From NCBI GenBank assembly GCA_030141605.1, contig JAQGDQ010000525.1:62985-126984 (forward strand): a stretch of 64,000 nucleotides of DNA, read 5' to 3'. The position numbers were made by a program, and so were the translations under genes. Every line of letters begins with the position of its first letter. The stretch's first letter is position 1. Origin of the DNA: Tubiluchus corallicola (taxonomy: Eukaryota; Animalia; Priapulida). Below the pieces are notes generated by a model. The model worked only from the letters and a program-made list of their open reading frames with translations. It searched no databases and was not told the DNA's origin. Shown here in pieces: positions 28,892 to 41,900 of this stretch.

Positions 28892-29702
28892 CCTCCTGGG
28901 TCCTCCTGGAGCTAAAAATAGACAGCTAAATTTTGTAGTCATTTGTTAGCATAGATATAATCCAACATTCTACATGAAATGTTTGTGAGGAGTTAAGTGA
29001 AAGCAGATTTAACGACATCAATGAATACTTTTTCCATTTCTGATATAAAGTACTTTGAAAGTGCATAACTCAAGGGCTGTTTTTGCCAGGCAATCGACTG
29101 CAACATTTTTGGATTGTGCAACAAACAGGGCACCAATTGCTTACTCGCTTTTTGAGCGAGCCTGGTAATCTCTCTCTGCAAACGCGTGGCAGTTAGATCT
29201 ATGGTTATTGGTAATATATTCATTGATAAGATAAAAAATGTACACTACACCAGAGTGAAGCTGGTTGTGCTATTTTGTCAGAACACTAAATTGTATAAGG
29301 ATTTATATATACTGTAATCAAATTAGCTTGAAAATGTAATACTATTGAGTAAGAAATGTTTGCCTGAATGAAAAAAACATGCTTGTTCTGTGTTCTTTTC
29401 ACATGACACTGTTTTCAAAATTATTTCATTAAATTTACCTAAAGCATCGCTGAATTTCTATAGTAAAGAAATATACCTGTTCTCGTCCCACTTCCATGTC
29501 TTTGACTTTGGTCATCATATCGCTTATCCTGCTGCATTTGGTAAGTGTACATGAAGGGTTAAGTAGTAACTTCTAATCAAATTGGTCAACTATGTAAAGG
29601 AAAAAATTGAATAATTAAGGAAAATTTAAATAAAGAATATTCTTAAATGTTCATTCATATAATTATAAGCGCAATATTAAATTAGAAAGCCTGAAAAGTT
29701 TT

Positions 29703-29770
29703 GCACCTCAGCTGGGCCTCGAACCAGAGTTCTTCTACTTTTCAGACAGCTACGCTAACTGTTATGATGC
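29703..29770 (-). mobile_element. Degenerate tRNA-like sequence (probable tRNA-derived SINE head or tRNA pseudogene)
   Basis: Minus strand gcatc...ctgaaaa...ctctggttcgaggcccagctgaggtgc: B-box-like GGTTCGA, CTGAAAA anticodon-like loop, gcatc/ggtgc acceptor-like pairing; D-arm degraded. Confidence 0.35.
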
Positions 29771-29998
29771 CTGACTTTTCAGACAATAATATTACTATCA
29801 ATGAGGTGTATCGATGATCCTTGTCCACCCTGTATGAAGACAATAAACGAGATAAATGCACAAAAGCAGCAGTAGCACACAGCACTGTTACAATTTAATA
29901 ATGTTAACCACTGCATTAATTGCATAGTAGTGTAGAACAAGAAGTGCAATTAGCCAAGGCCATGCTATTGTAATCCATATGAGTGACTAGTAACTTAC

Positions 29999-30700
29999 CG
30001 GAAAAGTGACACACTACAAACGGCACATGCTTTTGAAATAATTTTACAGGGTTAACACACTTAAGAACAAACACCCACACGGTATATAACTCAAGTTACT
30101 TTAAGTTGAGACTCTAAACTAATGGACTTGTGAATTCTTAGTACCTTTACATAAGACAAGGTAAAAAGATCACAAAAAATGACCACACATGCGACTGTGC
30201 ACCATGACGTTTTGGCCACGTGACCTACGTTTTGTTTTAGTGTCTTTACGAAAAAAATATTTGTAAATAATAATAACAAAATATTTTATTGTATAAAATA
30301 GCACATAAGTAGTACATTATTTTTTGCAGTACAAATTAAAACTTTTCATTAGTGTGCAAGTTATATGTTGCAATGCACGCGGCACGGAGCTTACCAGCTA
30401 TAACTTTGTGTACGATTCGAGAGGTAACAACGCAAAACGTGGCCAATTTAATGTGCAAATAAATTTTTTCAGGTTAGATTCCGGTAAAATTGATAAATAA
30501 TTGACGTTTTTTGCCGTTTAGGTGTCAATTACGGCTGCAGCAAAACCCTGATAATATTTCTAAGCGTTGTCACGCATTTGACAAAGATTGCAGTTAAAAT
30601 GTCTTAATATTATTATTTTGACATTAGAAAACGTAAATTGATTACTCGTGCGACTGTGCACCTTGACGTTTTGGCTACGTGACTTTGTTTCGCTTTTAGT
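29999..30700. promoter_or_regulatory. CpG-richer putative promoter region upstream of POP1, possibly bidirectional with OST4
   Basis: Minus-strand donor ccg|gtaagt at 29999/29998; plus-strand donor-like gag|gtaaca at 30423/30424; 35-bp motif duplicated at 30190-30224 and 30649-30683 containing TGACGT and (C/T)ACGTG. Confidence 0.5.
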
Positions 30701-30949
30701 TCCAATATCAAAAACATTCATTACTTATTCTTTGTAAACTTCAAATATCTGAAACGAATACTAAAGTCATTTTTTCCTTTTATTTCATTGCTGAAAAATA
30801 CAACATTTAACTGTGGTTTTGTATCAATGTACTTCTTTTTAATTAGTTAGCTAACTTATCTATGTTAACACAAATTATACCAAAAATGTTAATTATTATT
30901 ATTATCACTGAAAATAACCATTCGCACAAAGCTTATAATTGTTTGCGAA

Positions 30950-31245
30950 GTCTAAGAGACCTAACCATAAGACGGTTATTGACGGTCTCACAACAATTTG
31001 TGAAATTGCGGTAGATTTGATGCGTCAACTGTTTCACTATTAAGTGAATTCCAAGGGCCTGCAACACGAGAAGAGAAGATATGAGCTCTGATATCAGTGC
31101 GAGAGTATTGTACAAATAATTTAGAATTGTGTCCACCTAAATCACGTAGTGGTCTAGAAAAAAAATTGTCACTATGCAAAATAGAACTACCACTAATGAC
31201 TTTATAACAGTTAATAAGATCTATAGTATCATGGCGTTGTTCAAG
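30950..31245 (-). mobile_element. 3' fragment of CR1 LINE ORF2
   Basis: Translation LEQRHDTIDLINCYKVISG...GGHNSKLFVQYSRTDIRAHIFSSRVAGPWNSL...FHKLL matches the typical CR1 ORF2 C-terminus. Confidence 0.75.
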
Positions 31246-33245
31246 AAAATTGATAAATATAATATTATATAATTGATTATATGAATTAATTTTATATACA
31301 TGCACTATTTGACATGTTCTATATTGTGTTTTGCCAATGTACATTATATGTATTTGTGCAATGAATTGAATTGAACTGAAAAATGTAAAATCCATTTAAT
31401 TTGGTTGAAATAACAATATAGCACTGTATACATGTAGCAATGATATTATCATTAAATGATATCGTAAAGGAGGAACACGATTTGGTTCTATTGATTGATT
31501 GTTGTTCTGATACGACAGGGAGGTATTATCGTATTACAATTATGTTCAAATGTAGAGTTATTCCTATACAGACGAATTTTCATTTTATCCTTACTTCAAA
31601 GTAAGGATACTGGATAAGTCCATTATAACTAAGGTATGCATCCTCCGGACTGGGTTCTCAGATTGGCATGCGATGTGCTGTGCTTTACTGTCAGAATTAT
31701 CATATTTTTTATATTAGTGTTATCTCTGTACCTTTCAGAAATGTGCATTATGTACTCATTAGCATGTTCTAGCTCTGTCTATTACATGATTACATCTAGG
31801 TTAAAATATCTATAGTCTAGATGCCATAAATTACGACTGCTATGCTAATTGCCAATTGCTACGGTAATTTGATCTGTGAAAAGCACTTTTAAAATTAGCT
31901 GCAGTGAGCTTCTAAATTATTTTGCTTCCGCTTTTTTATACTAATGTAAAATAACGCGATCCAATAAGCTTAACAAAGTTATGTCAATTATCTGTCCACG
32001 TTCACAGTGTTCTCACTATCTAGGTGGCCAAATTGAATATTTATGTTAACAGAAACTTAGAGAATTAGTCAGTGTAGAAGTTTCCCTCATAGTGACAAAT
32101 AGCAGCATTTGGCTGCTTATCATAAACTCTCTTGAGTGTCAGTTTAGGAAACGCTAATTATTTCAATAGGTTCGAAGGGTATTGCTTCATTTCCCAAGGC
32201 TAATCAGATTTTAATGTATATATGCATTAATTAGTAACAGTGAAGACAAGTTGATCAACTCATTATGTTGTTTCAAAAGCAAGCTAAAACATCAAAGAAA
32301 TTTCTTTTTAGTCTGATTTTACAAAGAGCAGTAAACATTAGAGTTATTAAACTAAACATCCCTATATATTGCATCTTTTAAGAAAAGGGTCATGTCCGAC
32401 AGTTATAATGGACTACCCTTTTTCCAATGCAATATCGTCACGTTATTTTTTGTGTAGGTGATCAATATAAATTCTTTTATCCATGAGCAGCAGAGCTAAG
32501 AGAATTCTCATGCTCATTTGATCGAGTTTTGTTAGGCCAACAGTTTTAGGCATCCTCATCTTAATTCACTAGCCTCATAAAATGTTTGGCTTACGAGATT
32601 CTTCTCAGTCAAACAGTATTAGTTTTTTTACTGCTGGAACATGACAGACTGTTGTTACATTATTTGTAATGGAAGACAAGGCTTAGCCATCGTTTTGCTT
32701 AATGACATGCCTTGGAAGAATGCATTAGTATCGTAAATCCAGGATTTACTGTAGTTATGCTTGATGCAAGAATACATGCATGTTATAATACTAAATTTAT
32801 GTTTGATACTGTACCATTTGCTTTTTGGTGATTCAAACAATAATTGCTCTGTAATATTATAAACTGAATTTAATTTTAAATAAAATCAAATTAAATGTTT
32901 ATTCCGTACAAAAAAAGCACTTCGCACGAACTGCACTGTGCACTTGATGTTGTATTTTCCAGAGTAAAAATTTTCAGACACTTGCCTGCCTATGTACTTG
33001 TAAAAGACGATTTCAGTGGCTGTACTATAATGACTTCGTATATTTGTGGTGTTGACCTACGTCACAGCATAAGAGATTTCGTGGTTTTGGCCATAAATTC
33101 AAACATCAGATGACCATGTTTTTATTTGAGCCTTTTTTGTATGGTGTGTCTAGGGAGACGGCATATTTTCTTGGACCACATTTGTTAAAGCGTTCATTGA
33201 CTGACCCTGAATCGTTTAAAAATATAAGATACTTTTCTTTTCAGA

Positions 33246-33359
33246 ATGATTTCTGACGTGCAGCTGGCAATCTTCTCCAATTTGCTTGGAGTCACGTTGT
33301 TCATTTTGGTGATACTTTATCATTATGTAGCTGTGAATAGTCCAAAGAAACACGAATAA
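33246..33359 (+). CDS. OST4: Oligosaccharyltransferase 4-kDa subunit OST4, 37 aa
   Basis: [37 protein letters not shown] closely matches metazoan OST4. Acceptor ttttcag ends at 33244; donor gtaagt at 33372; likely 3'UTR exon from 33881. Too short for the ORF track. Confidence 0.96.
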   Translation: MISDVQLAIFSNLLGVTLFILVILYHYVAVNSPKKHE

Positions 33360-34344
33360 ATGGTTACCGCTGTAAGTATTTCAGAGCTTTGTTATATGCT
33401 TTATTTTTTTGATAGGTGGCTGAGATCGATTTATCTAGTATATCGTGCTTTTAGTGGAAGTGATGTTCTGTTTGTGCATAGAATATAGCTGCAGTAACTT
33501 ATCCAATGGCAGATGCTACAATATCAACATAAACAATGTCAGACTGGGTGTTAATTTCACTAGATTTATTTTCATTGCTTAATAAAATTTAATCAATAAT
33601 GGATATTCATACTCTCTGTACTGGTTTAGGTGAAAGGTTATACTGTTTCATTCGTATCATCAACACACTGTTACAGTTTTTTAGTATTCAGCTATCATTT
33701 TGATTACAGTGGTTTTACTGTGGTTTGTGTCTCTGGATCAGTTCTTTAAAACATCATTGTAAAACCGTGAGCTCAATAACATATTCAATCCTAGTTTAAT
33801 CCGACCGTATAAAAGTACTCCGATGAACACTAGTTCATTTGTAGTAAATACATTGGTATTTACTCATGGTTATTTTTTAGGTAAACAAACACCGAATGCA
33901 TAGTCGCTGTCATAGAAAATGTAATGAATAACACCATCTCGTTGTTGTGAAACATCTGCTACAATCTACTGAGTATATTAACAGCAATGGTTATGCACAG
34001 GTGTGGCAACTATGATCTGCGGCATAGCTGATGAATTCACCTGTCTGACAAGTATTAATTCATGTAAGAAATGTTTAAAATAACCGAAGTGAAAATTTCA
34101 CCATTTTGTTTTTTGTTCCTAGCTAAAATCATAGTAAAGGTGATGCAGAATTTTCATGAAACTTTATAATTGAAAAGAATTTTTCTGTAATTTCTATTAA
34201 AATGCACCACAAACAAGAATATTTTTAAGTTACCTTGTAAAAAATTATAGTTCTGAATAAATTATGTAAAAATTTTTATATGAGTGTGATTTTTGCATCA
34301 TATCTATAGTTAGTTGATACTTCATTCTGCTTTAGTAGTCTCTG

Positions 34345-34637
34345 GATGTTAGTGCTTTGAAATGGTCTCTGGATGTGGTTTCTCTGACGTCTTGTGGCCT
34401 GTTCCACAAGCATATTACTCTGGGGTAGAAGTATATTAAGTAAATGATGAGTCTTGCTACTGGTTAATGAATTTGCTGTTATTCCTGTCACTCAAGGATA
34501 ACAGCAAATTCATTCTACCAGCAGCAAGAGTCAACATTTACTTATATTCCTACCATGGAACTATACACTTATCCAACAAAGTTCCCCTCAGACATCAGAA
34601 AAATCACATCCAGAGACCACTTCAGTGCACTAACACC
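34345..34637. repeat. Imperfect ~290-bp palindrome with ~8-nt loop
   Basis: Centre aatgaatttgctgttattcct-gtcactca-aggataacagcaaattcatt; outer arms gttagtgctttgaaatggtctctggatgtg / cacatccagagaccacttcagtgcactaac. Confidence 0.8.
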
Positions 34638-35984
34638 CTCAGCTGCTACTACAATGGGAGTGCCACCACACCTTACCTGTCTGTAAATCTAGTCATGTTT
34701 TTAGCCTGCACCCACCATGTTTGATTTCCCTTCTTTCACCTCTAATCATAACCTCCAGTACCATCACCAATTACTGAGTTGTTTTTCTCAGAATTTATAC
34801 CAATCGTGCACACCCTAGCTACTACTGTGTCATGAAAGATTTAGAAGCATATTGTTCAAAACTTCAATTAGTATGTACTAGTGACATGTAATAGCCACCA
34901 TTGATGATTGTGTACGGTTTATTGGGTAATATATTTGGTATTAATAGAAATTATTCACTGAAGCTCTTAGACTGCTGTGAAAGTTATTAGTTACTTTGCC
35001 ACATTCTAGTTGTAAAGTACAAACTGGGTCATTTTGTCGTAACAGACCTTATAAAGTAATAAAGAGACACATTTCTGAACAATAAACTTTGCTGTAGCTA
35101 GCACATTAATAAATTACTTGTCACAATGAGGTTTATTACATTAACACAATTTTGGAAAACCAGAATGTGATTAACTTTATCTAACCTGATGAAGGAAGCA
35201 GTGGTTTCCCAAAATATCGTTAATAATAATAAACGTTGTGATTAACTACTATTTTTATGGATACGCAACACCACTCGTCAACATTTATTGTTTGTTTCAT
35301 CAGAGTACTTTGTAACATGTAAGCAAGAATAACCAGGCAGTAGAATGCGTACTCATTTCATAGTAGCAAACTGGTATATCTAAAGTTTGAGGAATTTAGT
35401 ACTATGGGGCAAACATGTAGGCATTTTGGCATATTTTAATATTAATCGATTACTGATCATTAAACTGTTAGAACATTTTTTCTTTTCATTGGGAACAATC
35501 TCATCTTTCTTTTCTGAGATAAGATTGATTATTCTAAAAAGAATACTGGCATATTGCCCTTGGGCGTAGTGCCGTTGTTTATAAAACTACTGGAGATACA
35601 AAACTTATCAGTCTCTTATGACATTTTACTTCAGCATTTATACTGATAACCCAGATCTCTAGCTGAAAATCTTTCGAGCCACTGATTTCCTGTAATCCTT
35701 CCTCAGCCATTTCTCCTGCATTATGATTTCTTCCTTAAATATGCCTTTCAGCTTGAAATTTTGATACATGTACATTCTTTGTTTAAAAATAGTGGGTTCA
35801 TGGTTTAGCTCAAAGAACACAAGATGCAAGTCTAATTCATGTTTATGACAAGCTTAATAAAAATGTATTACGGTATGCAGAAATTATTTTCTGAAGTGAC
35901 TGAATATCAGTTGATGACTTTATTGTGACAGAATCATCATCAGAATCGTATCTTTCCAAGTTTTCAAGTGGACAAAAGAAGAAA

Positions 35985-38900
35985 ATGCAAAAAGCCGATG
36001 AGTTCTGGTTTGCAATAAATGAATTAAGAAAAGACTTAGTTGCTTGTGAACGGATTAAGCTTGTTAATGAACGTTTTGGTCCCTTTTCTTCATGTAAAAA
36101 ACTTGGAGACATATCCTCAAATTCAAGGTAAGTGAAAGCAGGCTTATGTAAAATCTTTTTTTGACCTAAATTTTTAATATGTGTAGTACATAATAGATGT
36201 ACATATGTAAACTTTTCCCGTGCCTGTAGTCAGAGTCATGTCTGTACAAAAAACTAAAACCAGTGAAGCTATAATTGCTAAACTTGGCGCAAGGATAGGG
36301 CTTGGCAAGCACTGTAAACTCACTGATTTTGGTTTCCAGAGGTCAAAGCTCAAGGTCTTGTGACCTTATCAAAGTCATCAAGAAATGTCTAGAAAATCAA
36401 AACAGATGAAGCCATAATCATCAAACTTAGCACAGGGATAGGTCTGGACAAGTCATGGAAATGTTTTGGCCAAAAAATCAAGGTTCAAGGTCACGGTAAT
36501 CAAAAACTGTCAAAATAAATTTATGCCCATAATGATTTCATGACAGGATATGAGTCAGCACTGCTACTGAACTGAATGCCTTCATTCTGGTTTGCTATCT
36601 ACTTAGCCTCGCCCGTTTCAATTTAGACTTGGCTAGACAGAATACATCATTGCATGCCTCGCATCAAGTTGAGGTGATGAGCTGATATAATATAACAGGT
36701 ATCTGGAGACCAATTTGCCTTTTTTCACTACAGTAGTGAATTGATGTGACTTGTACATATGACGTTAAAAGTATTCTGTAATGTTTTGTTATTAAAACAA
36801 CATCCACTTGCAATGTAGTAAACAGCTGTGCACTTCCACAAGTAACTATAGTGCCTCCTCATAAATTTCTGCTGGAAAATGATGCTTTTTTATTATACAC
36901 TATGATGCCTCCACCTATGAACTAAGATTATGTTTGTTTTTGCCATGGGCTCAGTCCTTTATGGTCTTTTGCATTGCATCTACAAAAAACATTATTACAG
37001 TGAAATGCAAATACTGAAAATTACTCTGTAAATCAGGAAAATTTAGGATCCAATTACTCCACCTAATTGGCCATTTACTTTCTGAGCAAATCATCCCGAT
37101 TTTGATATGCATGCATTAATGTGTTTTAATGATTATGTTTGATTTTGTTTTAGTAACATTGTAAAATTTTCTTTTTCTCTGAACAGAAAGGATGTTTTAG
37201 AATTGTTAGAAAGCCACATCACACAGTTTATCAAGCAACTTTGCCAAGGCAGCTCTCCAGAGCTACTTCTTCCCATGACAACAAGACAGAAATGCAAAAG
37301 GTAAGTTGATTACTACATTAAACTGCAGTTGACGGAATAACTTCTAGTTTAGTTCTGTGTAGTGTATTATTTTTAATATTAATTTAAGATTATTGATTAG
37401 TGATAGAATGGAATCGCAGTTATTGAATTGTTGAAACCATATTTGACCATAAGAAAGGAAATGTGAAATTCGCAATGTTTCCTAGTTCAAATCCAGGTTC
37501 TGTTTCGACTTTCGATTTCAGAAATTTCATAAACTGCAGATTTATTTTTGTTATTGAATGGGTTATTGTGAACAATTTTTTGAAACAGTTTTTCTGCAGG
37601 GCAAAGATTGGACCCGGTGGTGATGCTTCAAATGAATTAACAAGAATCAGGTTTACGTCTCCTACTTCAATGAGGAAATTTGGTAATAATTTTAGAATAC
37701 ATTTTAAACAGATAAATTAGCACAAAGTAATAAAATTGTGTAGCAAATACCAACAAAGTTTACTTCACCTTGTAAAGAATATTCATATGTACGTTTAGAA
37801 TGTAAAAAATATACATATTGTTTTTGTAAATAGTATTAATCTATGCTAATAAGTTGTGAATCTCCAGTGTTTCTATGTTATAAATCTTTTGTATTTCTGT
37901 GTAAAACAACTATGGATTTGATCAATGTTGTATTGAAGCAAAATAAAGGAGTGCTAGTGACTAATGTATACACCAGTCGGGCAGACGGGTTAGTGGCTAG
38001 TCAGTAAATGTTTTTGATCTTACGTTTCCCCTTACCAAAAGTGGCTTTGTAAAAAAAGTTAAAAAAATATACTGCGTGTTGTTTCTATAATGTTTCAGAG
38101 GTAGCTTCGTGTTAACGTTGCAGTTCTGCATAACAACATTTACTTTAGCAACATTTTGATATTCTTGGCTAGCAAACCTTGATTCATTTTTTTCTTAGCG
38201 TTAATGACACATGTTATGGGAATTATATACCGTCTGATACAGACTAACACATTTTGCACAAAAAGAGACATATATTACCAGGACGTGGGACTCTATGGCA
38301 CACAGCGTCGATTGGACGAATGTGTTGATAATATAGCTCGTATGTTAAATGTTCCAAGACGGGAACTTCATGTGGTAAGAATTTGTGTATTTTACAAATT
38401 AGTTTAAACTTATCATTATAATGTTTACAAATTGCTTTCCAGTAAACTGCTTCTGAGCGATTTCATGTGAGATACTACTCCCCCTCTACCCTTCCTACTA
38501 TTTTTTGCAATGGGAGAAATATGCATCTGAGCATTGCTAAAAAAAAGTCTGTTGGTTTAGTGTTTCATCTTAAAAGGTTGTCCTTGCCAGTGGGTTGGAT
38601 TCTGCTCTTACCGAGACTGTCTAAGTAGACTATGCCACTGAATAGCTGGATAGCAGCTTTGATAATACATGACTGCATAGAAATGTGTATATATATTTTC
38701 TTTGTATATTTGTATAGTGGCCTAGCACGGAGTGTGCTGATTGATCAGGGCGGCCAATACTATAATTGAGAGGAAGAAATTGAACAATTTTCTTGTGTGC
38801 TTTAAAAAAAATAGGAAAGAAGACCACTACAGCCCCTATAGTTCATCGTCAAACATGGTTTTCAAAATTCGGTGCGAAACTTGACTATATTACTGATACT

Positions 38901-41900
38901 ATTTACGACAGAAATTGCCAGTGTGGCTAGCTGCGAGCAGTGTTTTTCTAAGTTGAAATATCTTCATCCAGCTATAAGCAATCATAGACTCACTAACTTA
39001 GCGATTCTTTGTATTGAAAGAGAATATACGGAATCGTTTGATGTTGAAGAGATTGAAAAGATCATAAAGAACTTTGCAATTTGAAAAGTTAGAATGTTAA
39101 ACACCTAATTGTTCAGTGTTTTCCTATTTTGATTATTTACGTTCAGTATAAACATTAGTCCAAAGTGTCTTACATTTAAGGAAGGGAGTGACAATTTGGC
39201 TGCAGCACAGGGTGACCAAATCCCCTGCTACACCATTGTTTTTGTATCATTAGAAACTGTATTATGCTGTAATTCTGTTTGTATTTGCTAACAGCATGCA
39301 ACGTCCAAAGGTTTGATAGCTGGAGATCTGCAGTACATGGAAGATGACGACAATTTCGTGGACTGCAGTGCCAATAAAAATGTAAGTAAGCCAACCTTTT
39401 TGTGAGCATAATATCCTTTTCTTTGAGCACGCCAAATGTCTGGAAACCTGAAAGTTAAGTTGGAAGAGAACGGCCATCACACATAAATGATATTTCAGTA
39501 TCTTTAGCTGTAGTAGGTAGAGTCAATCATGTCTCTGTGCCTCTCTCTAGTCACACTTCAAGATGTTGTTTATGCTCTTTTCCCTATGGCATTTTCTTGC
39601 TAAACTTCAGTTTTCGCAGTTCTAGCAGATACTACATGTATGCATTTTGTTTAATTTTTACTGGATAATGTCATACTTGTTGATTTATGTATTATAAGAG
39701 TCATTATGTTTTAGGGATGTATGATCCCCAGTGATGTCACCACCATAAGTAGAATCCTTTTGACTTATAAATCTTTTCTTACAACTTTCATTACTTGGAA
39801 GTAGTTCAATTTTTTCGTACACTCCAAGCCAGAATCCACATTTGGTGGCCTACTAATCGTGGTTCATTATCAAGGATATCCCTGTAAGATGAATTACTGT
39901 ATTGCAGAGAAGTGTCTTGGCCACGTTCAGATGTACGTACATCCTTTATAAGTTAAACAGGAAAATCAGTACAGCGAATGAAGCTGCCAGAGTGAGTATT
40001 TTATCAGATGATAAGAAGTCACTCACGCAGCATGCACACAGAGCCAATTGGCTATGTAACCCTCTACAGTAAAATTATATTGTCACTCCATAAATTCTGT
40101 GTTTTGTGAAAATCAGTTTTATGTAAACTGAAGGCTTTGACACTTTCATGTAAATACTACTTACGATTATTATTTATTTGAATTGAGTATACCAATCCAT
40201 AATGGACACAATGAAACTCATTGTACAATGTTGGGGTGTGATTGATATGTCAAATTTTGCATTCATTGTCTTATAAACAGTTTTTCTGTACTTTTATTTT
40301 GTAACTAGTAGTACAATACAGTACCTTGCCAAGTACCTTGCAGCATAATGTAATACTGGAATGTTTTTGCTAATCTAGGCAAGCATTGTACTGCTTATGG
40401 CTGTCATCTTTAGCCAGGCCAGTGTGAAAGACGCTGCTGAATTTCAGATTGGCTTTTGTTGTGTATAACTAAAATTAACACAATTAGCTCTAGCCCTAGT
40501 TTTAGCACGTTCATACCAGAGGTATAATACTTGCAAACGATTGATTAATTAATCGATTGATTCTTGATAGTCCTCACTGTGACAGCTTTTTATTTTATCC
40601 TTAACCAGCTTGTTAGACATGTGCAGCTCTGCAAAATTTGTGTTGTTGATTGAAAAAGATGCAACTTTTCAGAAACTGCAAGATGAGAATTTCTGCAACA
40701 AAATGGGATCTTGCATTATTGTAACGGTAAAATTATCATTATCTATAATTTCTTGCGCAAGGCAAAAGGCAGTATCATAATATTGATGTGATATCCTCAC
40801 CTTGCTCTGGAGATACTTCAGAGTTTATCACAATATATTACCACTGATAACATGATATTATTGTCTTTTATCACCAGAGGTAATTTACCCTAAACATTTT
40901 TTGCAAAATCTTGGTCTGCCTACATCATACTTAGCATACCGTACATTAAATGGCTACTGTGAGAAGTCCTTTGCTGCATAAATTGGATGGACTGAAGAAG
41001 CACCACCAGATTGCAAGGTAGTCGTTTGGTACTAAGATACAGTAAACTCACAGTACAGTAATACAAAAATATGTCATGAAAATTATTTAGCCTGTCTAAT
41101 ATTATTTTCACCCAGCTAGTTTGTTAAATTTTGTAAGACAACTCTTGGACTTTGTCTGCCCTATTTCACAATATATTACCACTGATAACAAATTAGCCAT
41201 CATCACCAAAGATAACTGACCGTACATTCATGCGTTACGTTTTTAGATACTGAAGAGTTTTTCTCAATGTTATTTGGTGGGTAGCATGATTATCAGACGC
41301 TGTACTACTACAGTATGTTACCTAATAACTAACAACATGTAACAGTACTTACGAAATATACTCCTGTTACAAGCTATGCCTTCACTGCCTTGTTTACAAA
41401 TCTGTAACCAGTTTTTAATGTATACATGAACCTTTTTTGAAAACAAGGCACATTTTACTTCTTCAAGAAGCATTGTCAACTGTATGTAGTTATAGTATTG
41501 CAGAAAAGGATGGCTAAAGAGTTGACACTGCACAAAAATATTTAAAAAATTGAGTAAAGTCATTTAAGCACACAGTATGTTATTAGTAAATTTCAAATAA
41601 ATGTTTTTGTGCGCAACAGGTAATTGTGTAACTTTGTAAAGGTTTCAACTAACCTAATCAGAAGATCTGTCCTGTTCTTAATTCAATATTACATCTAGAA
41701 AAATTTGTTGATAACTAGCTCTGTAATTGAGCAACTGCCTTATCCTTACCCAATGATAACTTTCATCTCTTAATCTTGTACTAAGATCATAATGATTATT
41801 TAGCATTCTTGATGTTTTATGGCAAAACACACAAACACACATTCCTGTACATAAAAGTTTTAATATTCTTACCAGAAGTGCTACCTCCAACATTTTTAAT

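Noticed and set aside
29476-29529. Possible upstream POP1 coding exon (DKRYDDQSQRHGSGTRT)
   Set aside because: Splice sites and phase fit, but I found no upstream in-frame ATG exon; left out of the CDS.
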